Positions 1 through 8,533 of a stretch of DNA of 52,919 nt are shown piece after piece (the stretch's first letter is position 1; the number at the start of each line of letters is the position of its first letter). The notes beneath the pieces were generated by a model. It saw only the letters and a program-made list of their open reading frames with translations, was not told the DNA's origin and made no database searches. The position numbers and the translations under genes are program-made. The stretch comes from a virus (Duplodnaviria > Caudoviricetes). The stretch lies in IMG/VR virus record IMGVR_UViG_3300025018_000187, positions 1 through 52,919 of that record. One strand, 5' to 3'.

Positions 1-1
1 A

Positions 2-2053
2 GCAATGGGTAATGCCGACACAAATGGTAATATTTCTTCAACAGGTAGTGGCTCATTAGCTATGGGTAATGCCGACACAAATGGTAATATTTCTTCAACT
101 GGTATCGGTTCATTATCAATAGGTAATAGTACAAACTCAGGTAATACAATATCGACATGTCATGGTTCAGTAGCAATCGGATATAATACTAATTGTGGCA
201 CTATTTGTTCTTCGGCTAGAGGTTCACTTGCAATAGGTAATGTAAACAATGGTTTAATTTTTTCAGAATGTAGTGAATTTGTAGGCATTGGTGGGGGTTC
301 AATAGCTATGGGGTTTGCGTGTGGTGGTGGTAATATTAGAACCAAAGGTAGTGGTGCAATAGCAATGGGTAAATCAACTAGTTTAGGTATTATTTGTGCA
401 ACAGGTAATGCTTCATTTGCAATGGGTTTTACTGATAATAATAATATCATATCATGTAACACATCATTTGCATTTGGTAAAAACGGCATTAATTCTACAG
501 GTCAAACATCATTCTCATTTGGTTCAAATATATTTAACGGTGCTAACTGTGGTATTGCATTAGGTTATAATTTAACTTTACCAAATAATTTATATTCAGG
601 TACAACTGCTGTTAACAAATTAGCGATATTTAATACGCCTGCAACTTCTTCTTGTGTATCAGCATTAGTTTGGGATGCAGCAGATAAGAAAGTAAAATTA
701 AATAGTTCATTAGGTGGTGGAGGTGGTATATCTACTGCAAATAATGGATTAACAACAAATGGCAGTAATGTAGTATTAGGTGGTACTTTAACAGGTAATA
801 CTAAAATTAATACAAATAATTTTGGTATCGCGATGGGTAGTGGTACTGGTTTAACAGCGAGTAATAATTCAGTGGCTATTGGTGTTACAAATATAAATTC
901 AACTATAACGTCATCTGGTGCTGGTTCACGAGCAACAGGTTATGTGCGTTGTTCAGGAACAATTTGTTCAACGGCTCTTGGTTCACAAGCAATGGGTTAT
1001 GCGAGTTTTTCATCATGTATTCATTCATCTGGTAGAGGTTCACAAGCAATGGGTAATGCATGTAATAATTCATGTATTTTGACAATGGGTAATGGTTCAA
1101 TAGCTGCTGGTAATGCATGTATTAGTTCAACTATTTGGAGTAGACTTAATGGTTCACAAGCAATAGGTGTCTCTCTTTCTTCATCATGTATTTTTGCGTT
1201 TGATACTGGTTCAATAGCAATGGGTTATTCACGTTTTGGGTCGTGTATTTATTCAAAAGGTAAAGGTTCACAAGCAATAGGTTATGCACGTTGTGTAGGA
1301 ACTATTTATTCATTAGGTATTGGTTCACAAGCAATGGGTAATGTATGTAATACATCTAATATTTGTGCAATCGGTACTGGTTCAATAGCAATGGGTTCTG
1401 CGTGTATTACATCTAGTATTCTTTCATGTGGTAATGGTTCAATAGCTGCTGGTAATGCATGTAATTCAACTAACATTATTGCAAATAACACTTCATTTGC
1501 GATGGGTGGTAATAATGTTATATCTACTGGTATTACTTCAATGGCAATGGGTTCTAATATAGTTAACCGTGCTAACTGTGGTATTGCATTAGGTTATAAT
1601 TTAACTTTACCAAATAATTTATATTCAGGTACAACTGCTGTTAACAAATTAGCGATATTTAATACACCTACAACATCTACCTGTACATCTGCTTTAGTTT
1701 GGGATAATACTGATAAGAAAGTAAAATTAAATAGTTCATTAGGTGGAGGTGGAAATAACAATATTTACACGATAAGTGGAATATCAGCAAACGCAACAGG
1801 GACAACGAATGAATATGTGGTTGTTGTTGATACAACAAGTTCAGCAATAACATTTACTCTTCCTGCTGCTCCTGCAACAGGACAAGCATATAAGATTAAG
1901 GACAATGGTAATGGATTAACAAATAATATTACAATTGATGGTAACGGTAATAATATTGATGGTGCAAGCACTGCTACTATTAATACCAACTACGGTGCAT
2001 TTGAAATTGTATTTGATGGAACTGAATGGTGGACGTTATCATTCATAAATTAA
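2..2053 (+). CDS. Tail fibre/adhesin with YadA-head-like Cys-containing repeats (5' truncated by window edge)
   Basis: Open frame from the window start. ~19-aa GSxAxG repeats; two LGYNL...VNKLAIFNTP...LVWD...KKVKLNSSLGGGG modules; C-terminal VDTTSSAITFTLP...IKD...NNITIDG...DGTEWW domain typical of phage fibre/baseplate proteins. Confidence 0.75.
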   Translation, partial: AMGNADTNGNISSTGSGSLAMGNADTNGNISSTGIGSLSIGNSTNSGNTISTCHGSVAIGYNTNCGTICSSARGSLAIGNVNNGLIFSECSEFVGIGGGSIAMGFACGGGNIRTKGSGAIAMGKSTSLGIICATGNASFAMGFTDNNNIISCNTSFAFGKNGINSTGQTSFSFGSNIFNGANCGIALGYNLTLPNNLYSGTTAVNKLAIFNTPATSSCVSALVWDAADKKVKLNSSLGGGGGISTANNGLTTNGSNVVLGGTLTGNTKINTNNFGIAMGSGTGLTASNNSVAIGVTNINSTITSSGAGSRATGYVRCSGTICSTALGSQAMGYASFSSCIHSSGRGSQAMGNACNNSCILTMGNGSIAAGNACISSTIWSRLNGSQAIGVSLSSSCIFAFDTGSIAMGYSRFGSCIYSKGKGSQAIGYARCVGTIYSLGIGSQAMGNVCNTSNICAIGTGSIAMGSACITSSILSCGNGSIAAGNACNSTNIIANNTSFAMGGNNVISTGITSMAMGSNIVNRANCGIALGYNLTLPNNLYSGTTAVNKLAIFNTPTTSTCTSALVWDNTDKKVKLNSSLGGGGNNNIYTISGISANATGTTNEYVVVVDTTSSAITFTLPAAPATGQAYKIKDNGNGLTNNITIDGNGNNIDGASTATINTNYGAFEIVFDGTEWWTLSFIN
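540..1665 (+). repeat. 97-bp identical direct repeat (540-636 and 1569-1665) in the fibre gene; diverged third copy near 6749-6930
   Basis: gtgctaactgtggtattgcattagg...gcgatatttaatac is identical at offset 1029 bp. Confidence 0.9.
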
Positions 2054-2068
2054 TGAATGGGTTTACAT

Positions 2069-2104
2069 AAAAAGGAGATTCGAAAATTTCTCCTTTTTTT
2101 TTTT
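2069..2104 (+). terminator. Intrinsic terminator
   Basis: AAAAAGGAGA/TCTCCTTTTT stem followed by a long T run, just after the fibre stop codon. Confidence 0.8.
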
Positions 2105-2137
2105 ATATAAAAACCTAACTTTTAAAAATTTTATAAC

Positions 2138-2145
2138 TATTTATA
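2138..2145 (+). promoter_or_regulatory. TATTTATA putative phage promoter
   Basis: Recurrent motif; ends 23 nt before ATG 2169 and follows a terminator. Confidence 0.55.
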
Positions 2146-2168
2146 TAAAACTATAAATTTTTATAAAT

Positions 2169-3026
2169 ATGAATAAACAACCTATATTTTTTATGTCTGG
2201 TTTTCCAAGAGCAGGAACGACATTATTAATGAACATTCTAAATCAAAATCCAAAATTACACGGTACACCAACTTCTGGATTAATTGGTAGTGTTATCAAT
2301 TTAAGAGATAACTGGCGTAGTAGCGATATTTACAAATCAAACACAGAAGAATATGTTTATCCTAGAATAAAAGGGTTATTACGTGGTATGATGATGGGTT
2401 TTTATAATGAAGAATTAATTAACAACATCACTCCAATTGATAAAAATCGTAGTTGGTCAGGCCAATTAGATTTATTGGATGAAATTTTTGGAATGAAGGT
2501 TAAATTTATTTATCCTGTTAGACATGTAGTTGATTGCTGTATATCAATAGAAAAAAAGAATAGACAAAGCACATTAACTAATCACGGTGATAATGGTAAT
2601 TGGTTAAATGAACAGTCAACTATTGGTAGAGCAGAAAATTTTATTAAAGATGATGGTGTTTTTGGGATGCCTTTATTATTATTACGTGAAATTATCTACA
2701 GAGGTGAGGAATCTCGATTAATTATTGTACCTTATGATGATTTATTAACATATCCTAAAGAAATGTTAAAAGGAATATATGGTAGATTAGAAATAGATAG
2801 TTTCGAACACGATTTTGAAAATATTAAACAAAGTATTGTTGAACATGACTTAATGCATGGTTTTGCACCACATTCATTACATAAAATAAAAGAAGGAAAA
2901 CTAACAAAACCAAAACCAAGAGATATGACAATTTATAAAGAAGATTATATGAATCAAATTGAAAAAAATAGATTTAAAGACATAACCGAATTTATAAATA
3001 AATATTCAGTAATAAATAAAAGATAA
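2169..3026 (+). CDS. PAPS-dependent sulfotransferase
   Basis: N-terminal FFMSGFPRAGTTLL (5'-PSB loop GxPRxGTT); IDKN; KFIYPVR...S (3'-PB); YDDL..P motif. Confidence 0.85.
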   Translation: MNKQPIFFMSGFPRAGTTLLMNILNQNPKLHGTPTSGLIGSVINLRDNWRSSDIYKSNTEEYVYPRIKGLLRGMMMGFYNEELINNITPIDKNRSWSGQLDLLDEIFGMKVKFIYPVRHVVDCCISIEKKNRQSTLTNHGDNGNWLNEQSTIGRAENFIKDDGVFGMPLLLLREIIYRGEESRLIIVPYDDLLTYPKEMLKGIYGRLEIDSFEHDFENIKQSIVEHDLMHGFAPHSLHKIKEGKLTKPKPRDMTIYKEDYMNQIEKNRFKDITEFINKYSVINKR

Positions 3027-3028
3027 TT

Positions 3029-3934
3029 ATGAATAAACGAATTACTAAAGAAGATTTTTCTAAAAAAGCAAATTTGATACAAGGTGATAAATATGATTAT
3101 TCTTTGGTTGTATATAAAAATAGTTATTCTAAAATAAAAATTCTTTGTAAAGAACATGGAGAGTTTGAACAAACACCAAAAAATCATTTAAAGGGTCAAG
3201 GCTGTCCTAAATGTGGGATTATTAAAAAAAATCTTTCTAATAGAAAAAATACGTCATGGTTTATAAATAAAGCAAAACAAATACATTCTGAAAAGTATGA
3301 TTACTCTTTAGTTGATTATGTTATTTCTAAAACAAAAATAAAAATTATTTGTAAAGAGCATGGTGAATTTGAACAAATAGCCAATGACCATTTAAACGGT
3401 TATGGTTGCCCCAAATGTGGAAAAAATAAAAAATTAACCACAAGTGAATTTATTAAATCTGCAAATAAAATACATAATAATAAATATGATTATTCTCTTA
3501 TTATGTTTTCTAATGCAAAGAATTGTATTGAAATTGTTTGTAATAAACATGGTATCTTTAAACAAAGATTAGACCATCATCTAAACGGTTGTGGTTGTCC
3601 TATTTGTAGAGAATCTAAAGGTGAAAGAAAAATAAGAAATTGGTTAGAATTAAATAATATTAAATTTGAATTTCAAAAAACATTTAAGGATTGTAAAAAT
3701 AAAAAAGTATTACCTTTTGATTTTTATTTACCTGAAAAAAATATTTTAATAGAATATGACGGTATTCAACATTTTAACGAAAAAAACAATTTTGGTGGTA
3801 AAAATAATTTAAGTAAAATTCAAAAAAACGATAAAATTAAAAATAATTTTGCAAAAGAAAATAATATTAATATGATAAGAATATCATATACCTTATTTGA
3901 TGAAATTGAAAAACTATTGTCTTATAAATTATAA
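3029..3934 (+). CDS. Homing-endonuclease-like protein: 3 Zn-binding KYDYS..C..HG..GCP.C repeats plus Vsr/PD-(D/E)XK nuclease
   Basis: Repeats followed by ESKGE...LPFDFY...LIEYDGIQH. Confidence 0.8.
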   Translation: MNKRITKEDFSKKANLIQGDKYDYSLVVYKNSYSKIKILCKEHGEFEQTPKNHLKGQGCPKCGIIKKNLSNRKNTSWFINKAKQIHSEKYDYSLVDYVISKTKIKIICKEHGEFEQIANDHLNGYGCPKCGKNKKLTTSEFIKSANKIHNNKYDYSLIMFSNAKNCIEIVCNKHGIFKQRLDHHLNGCGCPICRESKGERKIRNWLELNNIKFEFQKTFKDCKNKKVLPFDFYLPEKNILIEYDGIQHFNEKNNFGGKNNLSKIQKNDKIKNNFAKENNINMIRISYTLFDEIEKLLSYKL

Positions 3935-3936
3935 AA

Positions 3937-4872
3937 ATGATTATGAAAATTACAGAAGAAATGGAAAAAATTTTAAATAAACAAAGAAATGGAAATGGTC
4001 CGTATATAATATTCGAAATCCAAGGTGGTATGGGAAAATCAATTATGTCAACAGCAGTAATAAGAGCAATAAAAAAACAATACCCCAATCATAAAATTAT
4101 TGTTGTTACCGCATATGATGCACCATTCTTTTTTAATCCCGATGTTTACAGAGTGTATAATTTTGGTCAAATGCCATATTTTTATGATGAATTTATGTTT
4201 GATGATACTAAAGTTTTTAGAATAGACCCATATCATACAGAAGACCATATAATGCAAAGAAAACATTTGGTTAAAACTTGGTGTGATTTATATGGTATTC
4301 CTTTTGATGGTGAAGAACCTAAAATATACTTAAATCCAAGAGAAATTGAAATAGCAAGAGATAAAATTAAACCAGATGGTAGACCAATCATGTTACTTCA
4401 AACACATGGTGGTTCAAACCAACAATATTCTAAGAAATCTTGGGCAAGGGATATGCCTATTGAGATAGCACAAGGATTAGTAAATTATTATGCTAAATCA
4501 TACAGAATATTACATATTAGAAGAGAAGACCAGCCACAATTAAAAAACGTTGAACCTTTGATTTTGCCACATAGAGAATTATATGCTGTTTTTACATTAA
4601 GTAAAAAAAGATTATTTATTGATAGTTTCTCACAACACGCAGCAGCAGCATTAGGTTTACCTTCTGTTGTTACTTGGATAGCAAATAAACCAGAAGTGTT
4701 TGGATATGATATGCATAAGAATATATTACCTAATGTAAAAGTTGTTAATGAATTTAATAAATATTCATATGTAGAAAAATTCGATATATCTGGACAAATA
4801 CAACAATTTCCATATAACACAGTTAATTTGTTTGATACAAAAGAAATAATTAATGCTTTGATAAGTATTTAA
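3937..4872 (+). CDS. GT9-like (heptosyltransferase-like, GT-B) glycosyltransferase
   Basis: GGMGKSIMSTAVIRAIKKQYP N-terminus; KSW; FIDSFSQHAAAALG motif. Start may be 3943. Confidence 0.75.
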   Translation: MIMKITEEMEKILNKQRNGNGPYIIFEIQGGMGKSIMSTAVIRAIKKQYPNHKIIVVTAYDAPFFFNPDVYRVYNFGQMPYFYDEFMFDDTKVFRIDPYHTEDHIMQRKHLVKTWCDLYGIPFDGEEPKIYLNPREIEIARDKIKPDGRPIMLLQTHGGSNQQYSKKSWARDMPIEIAQGLVNYYAKSYRILHIRREDQPQLKNVEPLILPHRELYAVFTLSKKRLFIDSFSQHAAAALGLPSVVTWIANKPEVFGYDMHKNILPNVKVVNEFNKYSYVEKFDISGQIQQFPYNTVNLFDTKEIINALISI

Positions 4873-4939
4873 TTTTGTATATGGTTAGCGAATTATAACT
4901 TATTTTATACAGTAAAGATGAAAAATTTAATATAAAGAT

Positions 4940-4972
4940 AACCTCAAGTTAATAGTTGGGGTTTCTTTTTTT
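4940..4972 (+). terminator. Intrinsic terminator
   Basis: AACCTCAA/TTGGGGTT stem followed by TCTTTTTTT. Confidence 0.6.
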
Positions 4973-5060
4973 AAAGAAAAATAGAAAACTATGATGTTAT
5001 AAAAATTATTTGATTTAAAAATGTTTTTATAATAAAATTAATTATATTAAATACATATTA

Positions 5061-5420
5061 ATGTCATATAATGAGAAACACACATTAAGTTATCCAAGAC
5101 ACTCTACAGACCCATCAACATCAGGAAAAACAGAATTGGATTCATGGGTAAATAATGGTGGTGTTGATATTGTAAGATTGCCAGAAGTTGGACTAAGTAT
5201 GGCAAATATTTTTTACCAAGAAAAAAAGCTACAAGATATGTACTTAAATGTGGTAGGGCATAAATATTCTAGTACTATGAATATACCAGCATATGAAGGG
5301 TTAAAATGGGGTGGTTCAATTGGTCAGTTACCAGCATTTCCATTTATGATGTATAATATGGAAACAACAATACAAGGATTATATGTATCAAGGAGTTTAC
5401 GTAAATCTTTAATGGGATAA
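5061..5420 (+). CDS. Hypothetical protein
   Basis: 119-aa ORF with an A/T-rich leader; no motif recognised. Confidence 0.6.
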   Translation: MSYNEKHTLSYPRHSTDPSTSGKTELDSWVNNGGVDIVRLPEVGLSMANIFYQEKKLQDMYLNVVGHKYSSTMNIPAYEGLKWGGSIGQLPAFPFMMYNMETTIQGLYVSRSLRKSLMG

Positions 5421-5490
5421 ATCGTCTAATATGTATGTCTATTAAATAGATAATAAAGATAAGTATAATGTAATTATGTTTATTTAGAAG

Positions 5491-5498
5491 TATTTATA
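5491..5498 (+). promoter_or_regulatory. (G)TATTTATA putative phage promoter
   Basis: AAGTATTTATA ending 12 nt before ATG 5511. Confidence 0.6.
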
Positions 5499-5510
5499 TA
5501 AAAAAGAAAA

Positions 5511-8066
5511 ATGAATAGAAGTACATTAAATCTTATAGGCTCAGAATTATCTGGTGAAAATGTTGGTGGTGCATGTGCCATCTTTAAAGATAAAACAACG
5601 GGTAATAATTTACGTTTCTACACCATTTCAGGTGGAAGTAATATACAATTAACTCAAGCTGGTGATGTAATTACAATTTCTGGTGGTTCTGGTGGCATAT
5701 CTGCTGTTGATAATGGATTATCAATAAATGGTGGTGGTGAAATAGTATTAGGTGGAACATTAACAGGTAATACTAACATTAATACAAGTAATTTTGGTAT
5801 AGGTTTTGGTTCAGGAGTAACATCTACATGTAATTCAGTAGCAATAGGTTATGGTAGTGTTGTTGCTAATGGTAATGGTTCAGTAGCAATAGGTGTTGGT
5901 AAAAGTACATCTTGTATTCATTCAAATGGTGTTGGTTCACAAGCAATGGGTTATGGATTTAATTCATCAATTATTTGTGCAAATGGTATTGGTTCACAAG
6001 CAATGGGTTATGGATTTAATTCATCAATTATTTGTGCAAATGGTATTGGTACACAAGCAATGGGTGGTGGGGTACATAACTCATGTGTAATATCATGTGG
6101 TGTTGGTTCAATGGCAATGGGTACTGCATTTTCTGGTTCTACTATTTGTGCAAATGTTACTGGTACACAAGCAATGGGTTATGCTAGTTGTTCTGGAAGT
6201 ATTGGGTCGTTTGATTGGGGTTCACAAGCAATTGGATTTGCATTTTGTAATTCATCTATTCATGCAAATGGTACTGGTTCACAAGCAATAGGTAGTGCTT
6301 CTAGTAGTTCATCTATTCAATCAAATGGTTATGGTACACAAGCAATGGGTAGAGTATCTATTGGTTCATCTATTCAATCAAATGGTGGTGGTTCAATAGC
6401 AAGAGGTCGTGCTATTTCTGGTTCGTCTATTTGTTCTTTTGGTTATGGTACTTTAGCAATAGGTAATGCTGTAAATACATCCAGAATTTGTGTAACTAAT
6501 ATTGGTTCATTTGCAATGGGTAATGTATGTAATACATCTTGTATTGTTTCAACAGGTTTTGGTTCATTAGCAATGGGTAATATATGTAATTCATCTTGTA
6601 TTATAGGAAATAACACATCATTTGCAATGGGTAATGTAAGTGGTTCATCTTGTATTATAGGAAATAACACATCATTTGCAATGGGTAGAAATGGTGTTAT
6701 ATCTACTGGTATTACCTCAATGGCAATGGGTTCTAATATAAATAACGGTGCTGATTGTGCAATAGCTTTAGGTTATAATTTAACATTAAATAATTTTATA
6801 CATTCAGGTACAACAGCAGTCAATAAATTAGCAATATTTAATACACCAGCAACTTCTACATGTACAAGTGCATTAGTTTGGGATAATACAGACAAGAAAG
6901 TTAAATTAAATTCATCATTAGGTGGTGGAGGTGGTGGAATAACTACGGCTAATAATGGATTAACAACAAATGGTACTAATGTAGTATTGGGTGGTTCACT
7001 TACTGGTAATACTAATGTTAATACAAATAACTTTGGTATTTCATTTGGTACGGGAACAACAGCAACAGGTAATAATTCATTTGCAACAGGTATATATACT
7101 TGTGCAACTGGTAATGGTTCGGTAGCATGGGGTAATGGTGGTTATGTTGGGTCAGAAGATTATTTAGAGGCAAGTGGTAATTATTCTATGGCTGGTGGTT
7201 ATAAATCATGTTCAGTAGGAAATGCATCAATTGCATTGGGAACTTTTGCTAAATCATATGGTGAGTACTCAATTGCATTGGGTCATGCTGCTCATGCATC
7301 TGGTAATACATCAATAGCATTAGGGAAGAATGCTTGTGCAGAGGGTAATTATTCAGTAGCATTTAGTTATTCTCTTGCAACAGGTAATAATTCATTTGCA
7401 TTTGGTAATAGTGAAGCAAATGGTAATTTTTCTTTTGCAGGTGGATTTTCATTAGATGGTTTTGAACCTAACTGTGCTGGTGGTTTTAACTCATTTATAT
7501 TTCAAAATTCAAATGGTTTAGTATCTAATGGTGGTGCACTTGGCAATAATACTGCAATATTAGGTGGTAATGATAATAGTATTGCTGCTTCAAACACAGG
7601 TACTACTATTATTGGTGGTAATAATATTAATATAACATCATCAGGGTTTGACAATTTTGGTGTAGTAAGTAATTTAGCAATATGGAGTACGCCAGCAACT
7701 GGTGCTGCAAGTGATTCAGTATTAACATGGGATGCAACAAGTAAGAAAGTTCGTGCTGTTGCATATGCAAGTCCATCAGATTGTAGATTAAAAACATGTA
7801 TAGAACCAATAAATGGTATTAATTTAGGTGGTTTTAGTGGGGTACGATTTGAATATAATAATTTAACACCTAATGAAGGTAAAAAAGCATATGGTGTTTT
7901 AGCACAGGAAGTTGAAAACACATTTCCGTTAATCGTTAATGAAAATTATACTGGTACAGATGGAAATAAATATAAAACTGTTGATTATAAACAATTAGTT
8001 CCAATATTACTTGAAAAAATAAAGGAACTTGAACAAAGAATAATTCTATTAGAAAATAATAGTTAA
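5511..8066 (+). CDS. Tail fibre/spike with YadA-like repeats and C-terminal intramolecular chaperone (peptidase S74-like)
   Basis: 19-aa and 14-aa SxAxG repeats; C-terminal SDCRLK...YGVLAQEVE...VDYKQL...IKEL chaperone/autocleavage domain. Confidence 0.85.
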   Translation: MNRSTLNLIGSELSGENVGGACAIFKDKTTGNNLRFYTISGGSNIQLTQAGDVITISGGSGGISAVDNGLSINGGGEIVLGGTLTGNTNINTSNFGIGFGSGVTSTCNSVAIGYGSVVANGNGSVAIGVGKSTSCIHSNGVGSQAMGYGFNSSIICANGIGSQAMGYGFNSSIICANGIGTQAMGGGVHNSCVISCGVGSMAMGTAFSGSTICANVTGTQAMGYASCSGSIGSFDWGSQAIGFAFCNSSIHANGTGSQAIGSASSSSSIQSNGYGTQAMGRVSIGSSIQSNGGGSIARGRAISGSSICSFGYGTLAIGNAVNTSRICVTNIGSFAMGNVCNTSCIVSTGFGSLAMGNICNSSCIIGNNTSFAMGNVSGSSCIIGNNTSFAMGRNGVISTGITSMAMGSNINNGADCAIALGYNLTLNNFIHSGTTAVNKLAIFNTPATSTCTSALVWDNTDKKVKLNSSLGGGGGGITTANNGLTTNGTNVVLGGSLTGNTNVNTNNFGISFGTGTTATGNNSFATGIYTCATGNGSVAWGNGGYVGSEDYLEASGNYSMAGGYKSCSVGNASIALGTFAKSYGEYSIALGHAAHASGNTSIALGKNACAEGNYSVAFSYSLATGNNSFAFGNSEANGNFSFAGGFSLDGFEPNCAGGFNSFIFQNSNGLVSNGGALGNNTAILGGNDNSIAASNTGTTIIGGNNINITSSGFDNFGVVSNLAIWSTPATGAASDSVLTWDATSKKVRAVAYASPSDCRLKTCIEPINGINLGGFSGVRFEYNNLTPNEGKKAYGVLAQEVENTFPLIVNENYTGTDGNKYKTVDYKQLVPILLEKIKELEQRIILLENNS

Positions 8067-8080
8067 ATTTAATTTTAAAT

Positions 8081-8497
8081 ATGCAAACATATCCAATATA
8101 TAACAATCTAAACTTTTTTATTAAAAAGAATAGTACTTTACCAAAAATTAAGTATCCATTAAAACAACGTCTATTAGAAAAATATGACATTACTCATGAA
8201 ATGCTTGAAGATGTAGCCGTTACATTTTCAATGATAGATGAAAATACTGGTTTATATAAGATAGCAAACGTTGAGGCAGAATTGGTTATAAATAATAACC
8301 GACCTGAATACCCAGATGAAAAAACATATACCTTAACATACCAACTATCGGTTAAACAAACCTCAAAGGGTGGTAGATTTGCAGGTGAATTTGCTATAGA
8401 TTTTTTAGGAAACAACTGTGGTAAGATAAAAATGCCTGTGGATGGACAAATATCTATCATAATTGAAGATTCTATTACTAAAACGGACGTAGTTTAA
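8081..8497 (+). CDS. Conserved phage protein, possibly BppU-like Ig fold
   Basis: FFIKKNSTLP...VTFSM...Y...T...G.F.GEF.I.F pattern. Confidence 0.45.
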   Translation: MQTYPIYNNLNFFIKKNSTLPKIKYPLKQRLLEKYDITHEMLEDVAVTFSMIDENTGLYKIANVEAELVINNNRPEYPDEKTYTLTYQLSVKQTSKGGRFAGEFAIDFLGNNCGKIKMPVDGQISIIIEDSITKTDVV

Positions 8498-8528
8498 TTG
8501 CAACTCCAATAAATTTTATTTACATTTG
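8498..8528 (+). promoter_or_regulatory. Bacteroidota-type primary-sigma promoter (-33 TTG / -7 TAnnTTTG)
   Basis: TTG at 8498-8500, 20-nt spacer, TACATTTG at 8521-8528, just upstream of helicase ATG 8534. Confidence 0.65.
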
Positions 8529-8533
8529 CACCT

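Noticed and set aside
540-1665. Fibre-gene repeats as the template/variable repeats of a diversity-generating retroelement
   Set aside because: The core copies are identical rather than differing at adenines, both are coding, and no reverse transcriptase is in the window.
4873-5510. tRNA or structured ncRNA in the larger intergenic gaps
   Set aside because: No cloverleaf or T-loop consensus seen, only terminator-like hairpins; a covariance-model search would be needed to exclude ncRNA.
5934-6050. 57-bp periodic repeats (also 5-99) as a CRISPR array
   Set aside because: In-frame coding tandem repeats without unique spacers; no cas genes in the window.
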